Part shown: positions 37,418 through 50,131 of the stretch, one piece after another | Layout: each line of letters opens with the position of its first letter | Position numbering within the stretch: the stretch's first letter is position 1 | NCBI GenBank assembly: GCA_035765895.1 | Contig: DASTWL010000080.1 | Coordinates: forward strand, 8,597-72,596 | Origin: Verrucomicrobiia bacterium | GTDB taxonomy: Bacteria; Verrucomicrobiota; Verrucomicrobiia; Limisphaerales; DSYF01 | DNA: 64,000 bases | Reading direction: 5' to 3' | Translations under genes and position numbers: made by a program | Notes under the pieces: generated by a model | The model's input: the letters and a program-made list of their open reading frames with translations, nothing else | Database searches by the model: none | What the model was told of the DNA's origin: nothing

Positions 37418-38800
37418 TTGACTCTTGTACATCAACGTGTACAGAATGTTTGTGTGATTGGGCAGTTCTTCACCCCCGCGATTGTCGCTGAATGCATGTT
37501 CCAGCTCGCCGGCGTTTCGGCGAGGGAACGGGTCATTGACCCAAGCTGTGGTGATGGCGCCTTTCTCCGATCCGCTCCCCAAGGGGTTTTATTCCACGGT
37601 TGCGAGATTGATCCACAGCCTGCGTCGGCGGCACGTCCGTTGGTGCCGGCCGGGCGTTTTATTGAAGGGGATGCGCTTCGGGGGTTGACGGAACTGTGGG
37701 GGACTTTTGATTTAGCCATTGGCAATCCCCCGTTCAGCGCACAATCGAACCTGGAAACCCGCGCAGAAGTTCTACGAGGTTATGACCTGGGTGCGGGGCG
37801 GAAATCGCAATGTCTCGAAATTTTGTTTCTCGAATTGTTCTGGAAGCTTGCGAAGCCGGGCGGAAAGATTGCGATTATCCTCCCGGACGGCCCCCTGAGC
37901 AACAAGCCATTCAAGCATGTGCGCGACTGGTTGCTTTGCCGGGTGCATGTTGAGGCCATCATCAGTTTGCCGCGCGGTATTTTCAGAGGAACCACGGCTA
38001 AAACGAACATCCTGATTGCACAGCGGTTGCCATTATCATCTCGGGCATATCGCGACCCCACCTGTCTGCTCGAATGCGCAAGCGTCACTGATTTGAAACC
38101 TCTCCGGTTGCATGAATGGCGAAAAGTTGAGTCGCGTTGGCGGCAAGCAGTCTTGGCTGACGAACCGGATTGGCGGCCGGAAGCACAGGATCGAAACGGC
38201 TTGGAGTTGGCAAGCAATTCTGTGCGCTTGGGCGACCTGTTCCGGCTAAGGACGGGCTACGCACTCTACGGCAAAAAGCGTGACTTGTTTGATTACCCCG
38301 GCCAAGAACGCGTGCTGCTCATTCGGGCCAAGAATCTGGCTCCCGAAGGAGGCCTGCGGCTGGACCAAAACTGCGCTTACATTTCACGCGCGGGAGAGAT
38401 GCATTGCGAAGCATCCCTCGTGCAACCGGGGGAGATTTTGTTCGTGAGGGTAGGCGCCGGTTGTTACGGACGAACCGCCCTCGTGCCGCGTGGGCTCGAG
38501 GCTCAGGCGGATGATTGGATTCATGTGCTTACGCCGTTGAGGGATGTTGACGGGCCGGGCGTGGTCGCATGGTTCAACAGCGAGGCGGGGCGTTCTGCCG
38601 TCCGAAGGCTGGCGAAAGGAGTTGGAACCTTGAGCATTTCTAAAACATCGCTGGCCGAGTTAAGGCTTCCAAAGGCGCTGGTTCGACCGAACGGGCACGC
38701 TCCAAAACTGGAACCCCAATCAGCCACAACGAAACGAAGGGAAAAGGTCGCGCAATCAGTTTCACGCGGGTCGTCACTGTGTGTGGATGCGGTCAATTGA
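37418..38800 (+). CDS. N6-adenine DNA methyltransferase (gamma-class order) with fused C-terminal target-recognition domain
   Basis: GQFFTP (motif X), VIDPSCGDGAFL (motif I) and IGNPPFS (motif IV, NPPF). The C-terminal 200 aa are HsdS/TRD-like. The start is uncertain (in-frame TTG 37418 or GTG 37454), and upstream track ORF sequence overlaps pepO. This is a lower-GC region. Confidence 0.8.
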   Translation: MTLVHQRVQNVCVIGQFFTPAIVAECMFQLAGVSARERVIDPSCGDGAFLRSAPQGVLFHGCEIDPQPASAARPLVPAGRFIEGDALRGLTELWGTFDLAIGNPPFSAQSNLETRAEVLRGYDLGAGRKSQCLEILFLELFWKLAKPGGKIAIILPDGPLSNKPFKHVRDWLLCRVHVEAIISLPRGIFRGTTAKTNILIAQRLPLSSRAYRDPTCLLECASVTDLKPLRLHEWRKVESRWRQAVLADEPDWRPEAQDRNGLELASNSVRLGDLFRLRTGYALYGKKRDLFDYPGQERVLLIRAKNLAPEGGLRLDQNCAYISRAGEMHCEASLVQPGEILFVRVGAGCYGRTALVPRGLEAQADDWIHVLTPLRDVDGPGVVAWFNSEAGRSAVRRLAKGVGTLSISKTSLAELRLPKALVRPNGHAPKLEPQSATTKRREKVAQSVSRGSSLCVDAVN

Positions 38801-39428
38801 AAGTTCTCGCCGAGGATTTGATCGGGTTTGGGAAAGCGCGTCCCCACAATTCAGGTTCATTCTGAGTTTGTGGTGTGCGACCAACGACCTCCCAAAACGT
38901 TTTGAAAGGCAAGGAGCATTGAATCCGGCGCTGTGTCTTTGAATCAATCTTCGGATTGATGACAATGGTGCTGGATCTGACCGCTGGCCCACGTTTCCAC
39001 TCCCGCGCCATTCGGCGGACGGTTGAGTAATGTTCAGCCAAGTTCTTCACCACGGCGTCAATCGAAGAAATTTCTGCCAGTGTCAAATGACCCCAGAGAT
39101 TTTGCCAGTCGGTAGCAGAGAAGCGGGCGCAGCCAATCTCGACGATCCATTTGTGCGTCTGGGTTCGTTGTTCCCAGAAACCAACGATCATCAGAAAGTC
39201 TCGATCAATCTGGCGCTGGCGAAGAACGTCTCCCAGCCCAATCGGACTCCCAAGTTTGGCAGTCTTGATCGAGACGGGCAGATTGTGGAACTCGCTCGGG
39301 ACGGAAACGTGGTTGTTCTGATCGGGCGGCACATCCCATTTCTGCATGTAGTTGCCCGCATAACCCGAAAAGAAATGGTCGCGCACCCATTTCTCGAAGG
39401 TGAAACCATGCGATTGGACTTCAACCAT
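38793..39428 (-). CDS. Putative cognate type II restriction endonuclease
   Basis: 211-aa ORF convergent with the methyltransferase, with 3' ends overlapping by 8 nt. Same lower-GC composition (line 38761-38820 is 32/60 GC). A possible PD-x16-SIK variant of the PD-(D/E)xK motif (VPPD...PVSIK) is present. No family assignment is possible by eye. Confidence 0.5.
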   Translation of the reverse strand: MVEVQSHGFTFEKWVRDHFFSGYAGNYMQKWDVPPDQNNHVSVPSEFHNLPVSIKTAKLGSPIGLGDVLRQRQIDRDFLMIVGFWEQRTQTHKWIVEIGCARFSATDWQNLWGHLTLAEISSIDAVVKNLAEHYSTVRRMAREWKRGPAVRSSTIVINPKIDSKTQRRIQCSLPFKTFWEVVGRTPQTQNEPELWGRAFPNPIKSSARTFN

Positions 39429-39446
39429 AGGCTATTACTCGTGTGT

Positions 39447-42143
<2,697 letters not shown>

Positions 42144-42541
42144 GCGTGCCGGGGAAGTTAAAAAAGAAGCCTGGAGAGGTCGAAATCAAAACGCGGATGA
42201 GGAGGTTGTGCGACGAAATAACACGCCGCCTGTCACCCGGTCCAACCCAGGTCTTCGCGCCACCTTGCCTTGGGTGGCTTGCGTGCGCTGCTGCCATCCC
42301 TGGCGTAACGCAGCCTGCCGACGACCCGATTGGAACCGGCGGGGCGGGCAACAGACCAATTCGTGATCCGAATGCTGCCGGGCAGCACGGGACGCCAACC
42401 CGGGGCGGGCGGCAAGAAAATGCGTGCTGCGAGAACGGATGGCCGGGGGGACCAGTGAAAGCGTTAAGAAGCGCCCCTTTCAGGAGGAATTGGGCTCCGG
42501 ATTGACAGATTACCCTGCAAATGCTGAGGATGGTGGCACCA

Positions 42542-44255
<1,714 letters not shown>

Positions 44256-44263
44256 CGGGCGCT

Positions 44264-45025
44264 TCAGGGAAAACCGCGCGGGGAGGTCGCAGTGTGCGCC
44301 TCGGCGTCCAGCCGTTGGTGGCATTTTTGCCGGCGCGCCGTCCAGTCCGCCCATGCGGCAGTCCAGGCGTCGCCGGCGAATTGCTGGCGTGCCTGTTCCC
44401 ATCCGGCGTCGAGCGCGACCAGTTCCTTGCGGGCCGTGGCGGTTTCCCCGTATTTGAGACAGGCTTCGATCCAGTTCAACCGGTTTTCGGGATATTCGGG
44501 CGCCAGTTCCAAGGCACGTTTGAGATGCTGCCGGGCCTTGCTGCGGCTGCCAATGCTCGCGAGGACGGGGGCCTCAAAGTAAAGCAGGCCCAGGTTCCGA
44601 TCCGGCCCTGCGAAGTCGAAATGCTCGTCCAGCTTCCGGGCAGTTTTGAACTCCACCTCCATGTCGTCCACGATGGACAGTGCGCCCAATGTTTTGGTGC
44701 GGGCAAGCTGGCCGAGATTCATCCCCAAATAATAAGGGCCGGCCACGGCGTTGGAATTTTGGGCAATCAGCGCGCGGCTGGCGGCAATGCCCTCCTCGGC
44801 GAGCGCGGCCCGTTGGGTGTTGTTGCTCGCGAACTCGGCCCAGTCGAAACAGGCGCGCGCAAAGTGCCAGATCGCCCCGGGTTCAGCCGGGTGCGCGTGA
44901 TACGCTGTCTTCGTCTCTTGATAAATGCGCAACGCGCGGGCGGCCGGCTCCTGCGGCGCGGCGTTCGTGGCGTCGGCCCGCGCCGCCTGGGCCAGCGCCA
45001 GGCCGAGCCCGACCAGCAGCGCCAT
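44264..45025 (-). CDS. Secreted TPR-like helical-repeat protein
   Basis: Signal peptide MALLVGLGLALAQAARA from ATG 45025. Helical-repeat character (ARQHLKRALELAPEYPENRLNWIEACLKYGE). Confidence 0.6.
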   Translation of the reverse strand: MALLVGLGLALAQAARADATNAAPQEPAARALRIYQETKTAYHAHPAEPGAIWHFARACFDWAEFASNNTQRAALAEEGIAASRALIAQNSNAVAGPYYLGMNLGQLARTKTLGALSIVDDMEVEFKTARKLDEHFDFAGPDRNLGLLYFEAPVLASIGSRSKARQHLKRALELAPEYPENRLNWIEACLKYGETATARKELVALDAGWEQARQQFAGDAWTAAWADWTARRQKCHQRLDAEAHTATSPRGFP

Positions 45026-45118
45026 GGCGCGCCGCAAAGTCGTCCTATCCCGCAGAGCCACAATAACTCGGCAATAATGCATTGCGAAGGTCATTACCTG
45101 ACTTATACTCACAGCTCA

Positions 45119-45328
45119 GTGAAGTTACGCTGGAACATCGGGCTTGTCGCGTTGCTGGCCATTATTCCCTTTCTGGGGGCTGGCTGCAGCGGCATCAACA
45201 CCACCCAGAGTGTTTCACCCGCGTCGTTCCTTATACCAGGCCTGATGCAGACCGATCCGCCACCGGCAGATCCTGTTCCCGTGTTGCCACCGGCCGGACC
45301 GGTCCGCCAAATGGCCCAAGCCCGCTGA
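45119..45328 (+). CDS. Small lipoprotein (69 aa)
   Basis: GTG start and lipobox VKLRWNIGLVALLAIIPFLGAGCSG. It ends 5 nt before hpnH. The upstream part of track ORF 44294.. is antisense to the TPR gene. Confidence 0.55.
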   Translation: MKLRWNIGLVALLAIIPFLGAGCSGINTTQSVSPASFLIPGLMQTDPPPADPVPVLPPAGPVRQMAQAR

Positions 45329-45333
45329 ATTCT

Positions 45334-46749
45334 ATGCGTTTTCCGTTCGCGCTGTCGGCAAAAATCGCCAGCCACATCATCAAACACAAGGTCAAGCGCA
45401 CGCCGCGTTTCGCGATGGTGCTGCAACTCGAGCCGCTGCATACGTGCAATCTGACGTGCACCGGGTGCGGCCGTATTCGCGAATATTCCACCAGCCTCAA
45501 GGACATGGTGCCGCTGGAGAAATGCCTCGCGGCCGCCCAGGAATGCGATGCGCCGATGGTCAGTGTCTGCGGTGGCGAACCGCTGATCTATCCGAAGATC
45601 GAGGAGCTGGTGAACGGCCTGCTCGGTCAGGGCCGCATCGTTTACATCTGCACGAACGGCGTGTTCATGCGGAAGAAAATGCGCGAATACATGGCGGCGA
45701 ATTACTCGCCCGCGATGGAAGACCAGCTCAAGCAGCTCGTCGCGCAGCAGCTCGTTACAGAAAAGGAAGCGGAAGCCATCCGCAAAGCCGACGCGGCCGC
45801 CAGGAGCAAATCCGTCATCGCGCCGAGCAAATGGCATTACTGGAACGTCCACGTGGACGGACTCGAATTCACGCACGACCTCATCGTTGAGCGCGAAGGG
45901 GTGTTCAAGGAATGTGTCGCCGCCATCAAGATGGCGAAGATTCTCGGCTACCAGACGGCGACCAACACCACCGTCTATCGCGAAACCGACGTGCAGGAGC
46001 TGGAGGACATGTTCAAGTTCCTCAGCTCGCTGAACGTGGACGGCCACACGATTTCGCCCGGCTACGATTATGACGCCGCGAAGAAGGACATGGTGAAGCG
46101 CCTCGGCAAGAAGCCGGAAGATTTCTTCCTCACGCGCAAGATGACCGTCGCGAAGTTCTCGAAGATCGAGGAGTGGGGCCGTCTGTTTACCATCTTCGGC
46201 ACGCCGGTGTATCAGGAATTCCTTGCCGGCAAACGCGATCTCACCTGCACCGCGTGGGCCATCCCGACTTACAACGTCAAGGGCTGGAAGGCTCCGTGTT
46301 ACCTGATGACCGACGGTCATTACGACGGCTATCAGGAGATGCTGTCGAAAGTAAACTGGGAGAAATACGGCGTGGTGGACGGCGTCGCGCGCGACCCGCG
46401 GTGCGAGAACTGCATGGTGCATTGCGGCTACGATCCCAGCGGCGCGCTCGGCACCAATTACAAGTCCGGCGACAACTGGAAGAATTTCAGATACAACTTC
46501 GGCGCGAAGCCGAAGCCATACCCGGCCAGCGCTGAACTCGACAAACGTGCCTTTAACGGCTTCACCATCGGCAAGGGTCACCTTGCCGAAGCGAAGGCGG
46601 CGATTAATTCTCCGGCGGCCAGCGCGCGTGGAGCCTTCTCAAATAACGGGCACGGCCACGAAGAGCATGTCGGCAGTCACTGCGGCAGCGGCGACACCAG
46701 CGAGCGCGATGCGCTGCTGGCGAAGATCAAAGAGACGGGCAAAGCCTGA
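45334..46749 (+). CDS. hpnH: Adenosyl-hopene transferase (radical SAM) HpnH
   Basis: LQLEPLHTCNLTCTGCGRIREY (CxxxCxxC), VSVCGGEPL, WNVHVDG, VDGHTISPGYDY, CTAWAIPTYNVKGWKAPCYL and CENCMVHCGYD align with HpnH as I remember it. Confidence 0.85.
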   Translation: MRFPFALSAKIASHIIKHKVKRTPRFAMVLQLEPLHTCNLTCTGCGRIREYSTSLKDMVPLEKCLAAAQECDAPMVSVCGGEPLIYPKIEELVNGLLGQGRIVYICTNGVFMRKKMREYMAANYSPAMEDQLKQLVAQQLVTEKEAEAIRKADAAARSKSVIAPSKWHYWNVHVDGLEFTHDLIVEREGVFKECVAAIKMAKILGYQTATNTTVYRETDVQELEDMFKFLSSLNVDGHTISPGYDYDAAKKDMVKRLGKKPEDFFLTRKMTVAKFSKIEEWGRLFTIFGTPVYQEFLAGKRDLTCTAWAIPTYNVKGWKAPCYLMTDGHYDGYQEMLSKVNWEKYGVVDGVARDPRCENCMVHCGYDPSGALGTNYKSGDNWKNFRYNFGAKPKPYPASAELDKRAFNGFTIGKGHLAEAKAAINSPAASARGAFSNNGHGHEEHVGSHCGSGDTSERDALLAKIKETGKA

Positions 46750-46780
46750 TTTAGTTAGCGGTTCCCAAAGAAGTTTTTCC

Positions 46781-48235
46781 ATGAGCAAGACGTTATTCCT
46801 TTCACCTCCATCGTTTGACGGTTTCGACGGCGGCGCCGGTGCGCGATATCAGGCGCGCCGCGAAGTCACGAGCTACTGGTATCCCACCTGGCTCGCGCAA
46901 CCCGCCGCACTCGTCCCGAACTCGCGTCTGCTCGACTGCCCGCCGCACAACATCGGCGTCGAGGAATGCCTCCGCATCGCAAAGGACTTCGATCACGTCA
47001 TCATCAACACCTCCACGCCGTCGCTGAAGAACGATTGCAAGGTGGCCGAGGCCATCAAGCAGCAGCGGCCCGAAACGAAGGTCGGCTTCGTCGGCGCGCA
47101 CGCGATGGTGCTGCCCACCGAAACACTCAAGGCGTCTTGGGCGATTGACTGGGTCGGCCGCAAGGAATTCGACTTCACGTGCAAAGAGGTCGCCGAAGGC
47201 CGCGCGCTCAAGGACATTGCTGGCCTGAGCTATCGCGACAGCGAAGGGAAGATCAAACACAACCCCGAGCGCGAGATGATTTCCGACATGGATTCGCTCC
47301 CGTGGGTGGCGGATGTTTACAAGCGCGACCTCGAGATCGAGAAGTATTTCATCGGCTACCTCCAGCATCCCTACGTCTCGATGTATACCGGCCGCGGCTG
47401 CCCGGCGCAGTGCACGTTCTGCCTCTGGCCGCAGACCATCGGCGGCCACAAATACCGGGTCCGTTCGGCGCAGAACGTCGCCGACGAGATGGCTTACATG
47501 AAGAAAATCTTCCCGCAGGTGCGTGAGTTCTTCTTCGACGACGACACGTTCACCGCGAACCTGCCGCGCGCGCGCGAAATCGCGAAGAAGCTCGGCCCGC
47601 TCGGCGTGGATTGGAGCTGCAACAGCCGTGCGAACCTTGATTACGACACGATCAAGAGCTTCAAGGATAATGGCCTTCGCCTGTTCCTCGTCGGCTACGA
47701 AAGTGGAAACGATGACACACTCAAACGCATCAAGAAGGGCGTCACGACCGACGAGATGCGCAAATTTACGAAGGACTGCCACAAGGCAGGCGTGGTGATC
47801 CACGGCACGTTCATCCTTGGTCTGCCCGTCGAGACGAAGGAAACCATCGAGCAGACGATTCGTTTCGCGCAGGAGCTGGACGTCTTCAGCCTGCAAGTCT
47901 CGCTCGCCGCGCCATATCCGGGCACGGAGCTTTACGAACAAGCCAAGCTCAACGGCTGGTTTGTGAAGAAGGACAAGACCGACCTCATCGAAGGCGACGG
48001 CTTGCAGCAGTCCACGCTCGAATATCCCGGCCTCAGCAAGGAGCAGATCTTCGAGGACGTGGAACGCTTCTATCGCAGTTACTACCTGCGTCCGAAGCCG
48101 ATTCTGCGCATCATCAAGACCATGCTCGAGGACAAGGACGTCTGCGTGCGTCGCTTGCGCGAAGGCTACGAATTCTTCAAGAGCATGGCCCAGCGCCGGA
48201 GCGATCTGGCGGCGGCCCGAAGTGTGACAGGTTGA
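46781..48235 (+). CDS. hpnJ: Hopanoid-biosynthesis-associated B12-binding radical SAM protein HpnJ
   Basis: MSKTLFLSPPSFDGFDGGAGARYQARREVTSYWYPTWLAQPAALVP and the radical SAM box YTGRGCPAQCTFCLWPQ. Confidence 0.8.
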   Translation: MSKTLFLSPPSFDGFDGGAGARYQARREVTSYWYPTWLAQPAALVPNSRLLDCPPHNIGVEECLRIAKDFDHVIINTSTPSLKNDCKVAEAIKQQRPETKVGFVGAHAMVLPTETLKASWAIDWVGRKEFDFTCKEVAEGRALKDIAGLSYRDSEGKIKHNPEREMISDMDSLPWVADVYKRDLEIEKYFIGYLQHPYVSMYTGRGCPAQCTFCLWPQTIGGHKYRVRSAQNVADEMAYMKKIFPQVREFFFDDDTFTANLPRAREIAKKLGPLGVDWSCNSRANLDYDTIKSFKDNGLRLFLVGYESGNDDTLKRIKKGVTTDEMRKFTKDCHKAGVVIHGTFILGLPVETKETIEQTIRFAQELDVFSLQVSLAAPYPGTELYEQAKLNGWFVKKDKTDLIEGDGLQQSTLEYPGLSKEQIFEDVERFYRSYYLRPKPILRIIKTMLEDKDVCVRRLREGYEFFKSMAQRRSDLAAARSVTG

Positions 48236-48241
48236 GGCACG

Positions 48242-50128
48242 TTGCAATCCGGTTCCCCAAACATTTCCCAACGACTGAGCGTCGTCGCGCTGACTGCGGC
48301 GACGCTCTTCGCCTTTTGGACGACGGCGCAGGCTGCGCCCGCTGCTTCAACCTCCCGTCTCACGCTGCCCAATCATCGCCGCTACGACCTGGCCGCGTCA
48401 GCCGACGTGCGGCGTCTGAAAGGCGATCTGGAGCGGATGATTCAGGACGAGGCCCGGTTCCTCGCCCAACGCAAAGCGCAGCGTCAGGCGTGGCGCGAAC
48501 AGACGCCGTTGGCGGAAATGAGCCGGACGGAGCTGCGGCGCTATTTCGACGAGCCGCTCGCGGCACCCTCGAACAATGAACTGCGCGGCCTGCGGGAACT
48601 CCAATCCCTGCTGGACCGCTGGGAACACGCGCCGGATTTTGGCACCCGGACCAACGTGGCACGCTGGATGGTCGAGATCGCGCATTCGCTTGGGAACCTG
48701 CATCGCACGCCGATTCCAACCCGGGTCGAAGTGACGTTGATGCCGCTGCTGTTCGCGGAATATCTGCACCGGCCGATGGTCAAAGGCACCACCCGCGCCG
48801 CGGACGTGCCGCCCGCCGGGCCCAACGCCGACTTCAGCCGGGTTGATCCGCCCGATTCCAGTTTCTGGCAAAAGCCGGCGAACGTGGCGCAGGCCGATCT
48901 GTTCCATTGCTTCGGCCGCACCAACTGGCCGGCGTATCCGGATCTGCTCTGGGAATATGACGCGCCCAAGACCAGCTTTGGCTCCAATCCGGGATTCACC
49001 CTCAAGCACGGCGACCTGGAGTTGAAGGCCAAGTTTGGTGAATGGCATTCCGAGCCGTTTGCCACCCGGATTTTCAACGCCCTCGGCTACCATTCCGAAC
49101 CGGCCGACTTCGCTCCATTCCTGCGGGTGAAATATGACCGCCGGCTGTTCCGCGAATTTCATCTGCGCCGGGAACTCGGCCTGCATTTCCGCCTGTTGGG
49201 CGTTGTTCCGCTGGGGCAAGTCTCGATTCAAAAGCGCCGCGATCCGTTTCAATGCATCACCGAAGCGGTGCTCAAGAACGGCCACCGTCTGAGCGGAACC
49301 GAATTCAAGCAGCGCCTGCTGCGCGACGCCGCGCGCGAGCATCCCGAGGACGATCCGGCGAACTTCGATCCGGCGTTTGAAGCGCAGATTGATTACCTGG
49401 TGACGCAGGGCGCCAACGTGCAGCTCAAGGATGACCGCTTCCACAACCTCGGTGCGTGGGATTTCGGCGGCCTGGGCCACGAAAATTTGCGCGAGCTGCG
49501 CGGCGCAGGGCTGCTCGCCGCGTGGCTCGGCTACACGGATGTGCGCTTCGACAACACACGGCTCAAGCTGGTGAGAACCGGCGACCACGTGACAGTGCAG
49601 CACTTTTTTTCCGACCTGGGCGGCGGCCTGGGCAAGGGCGCCGGCGTCTTCTCATGGCATTCCGACCAGCCAAATCTTTTCGCCTGGACATGCACCGCTC
49701 CGCCGCGGGAACAGGGCAAGGGACGCATGACGATTCCCTTTCGCATTGTCAATTACCGGCCGATCGATCCGGTGCCGGCCTTCGCCAACATGACGTGGGA
49801 CGACGCGCGGTGGATGGCGCGTTGGATCGGACAACTGAGCGAAGCGCAGCTCGTCGCCGGACTCATCGGTTCTGGTTTCGACGCGGCTGAAGTGCGGCTG
49901 TTGACGGAAAAGCTCATCAGCCGCCGTGACCAAATGATCCAGGACTTGCGGCTGACCGGGGAAATCCCCCTGCTCCGGCCCGCCGGGCCGCAGCGGGATT
50001 TTGATTACCGCCCGCAAACCGGGGGGACCATGACCGCCGTGCTGCCCGATGGAACGCGGGTGGCCGCGCGGGTGACGGACCAATACATCGAACACGGTCG
50101 CATCGTCACGCCGGTCAAGCTGCCCTAG
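48242..50128 (+). CDS. Secreted hypothetical protein with PI3K/PI4K-like catalytic-loop motifs
   Basis: TTG start 6 nt after the hpnJ stop. Signal peptide LSVVALTAATLFAFWTTAQA. Motifs are LELKAKFGEWHSEPFATRIFNALGY, LLAAWLGYTDVRFDNTRL and HFFSDLGGGLG. Confidence 0.65.
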   Translation: MQSGSPNISQRLSVVALTAATLFAFWTTAQAAPAASTSRLTLPNHRRYDLAASADVRRLKGDLERMIQDEARFLAQRKAQRQAWREQTPLAEMSRTELRRYFDEPLAAPSNNELRGLRELQSLLDRWEHAPDFGTRTNVARWMVEIAHSLGNLHRTPIPTRVEVTLMPLLFAEYLHRPMVKGTTRAADVPPAGPNADFSRVDPPDSSFWQKPANVAQADLFHCFGRTNWPAYPDLLWEYDAPKTSFGSNPGFTLKHGDLELKAKFGEWHSEPFATRIFNALGYHSEPADFAPFLRVKYDRRLFREFHLRRELGLHFRLLGVVPLGQVSIQKRRDPFQCITEAVLKNGHRLSGTEFKQRLLRDAAREHPEDDPANFDPAFEAQIDYLVTQGANVQLKDDRFHNLGAWDFGGLGHENLRELRGAGLLAAWLGYTDVRFDNTRLKLVRTGDHVTVQHFFSDLGGGLGKGAGVFSWHSDQPNLFAWTCTAPPREQGKGRMTIPFRIVNYRPIDPVPAFANMTWDDARWMARWIGQLSEAQLVAGLIGSGFDAAEVRLLTEKLISRRDQMIQDLRLTGEIPLLRPAGPQRDFDYRPQTGGTMTAVLPDGTRVAARVTDQYIEHGRIVTPVKLP

Positions 50129-50131
50129 CGC

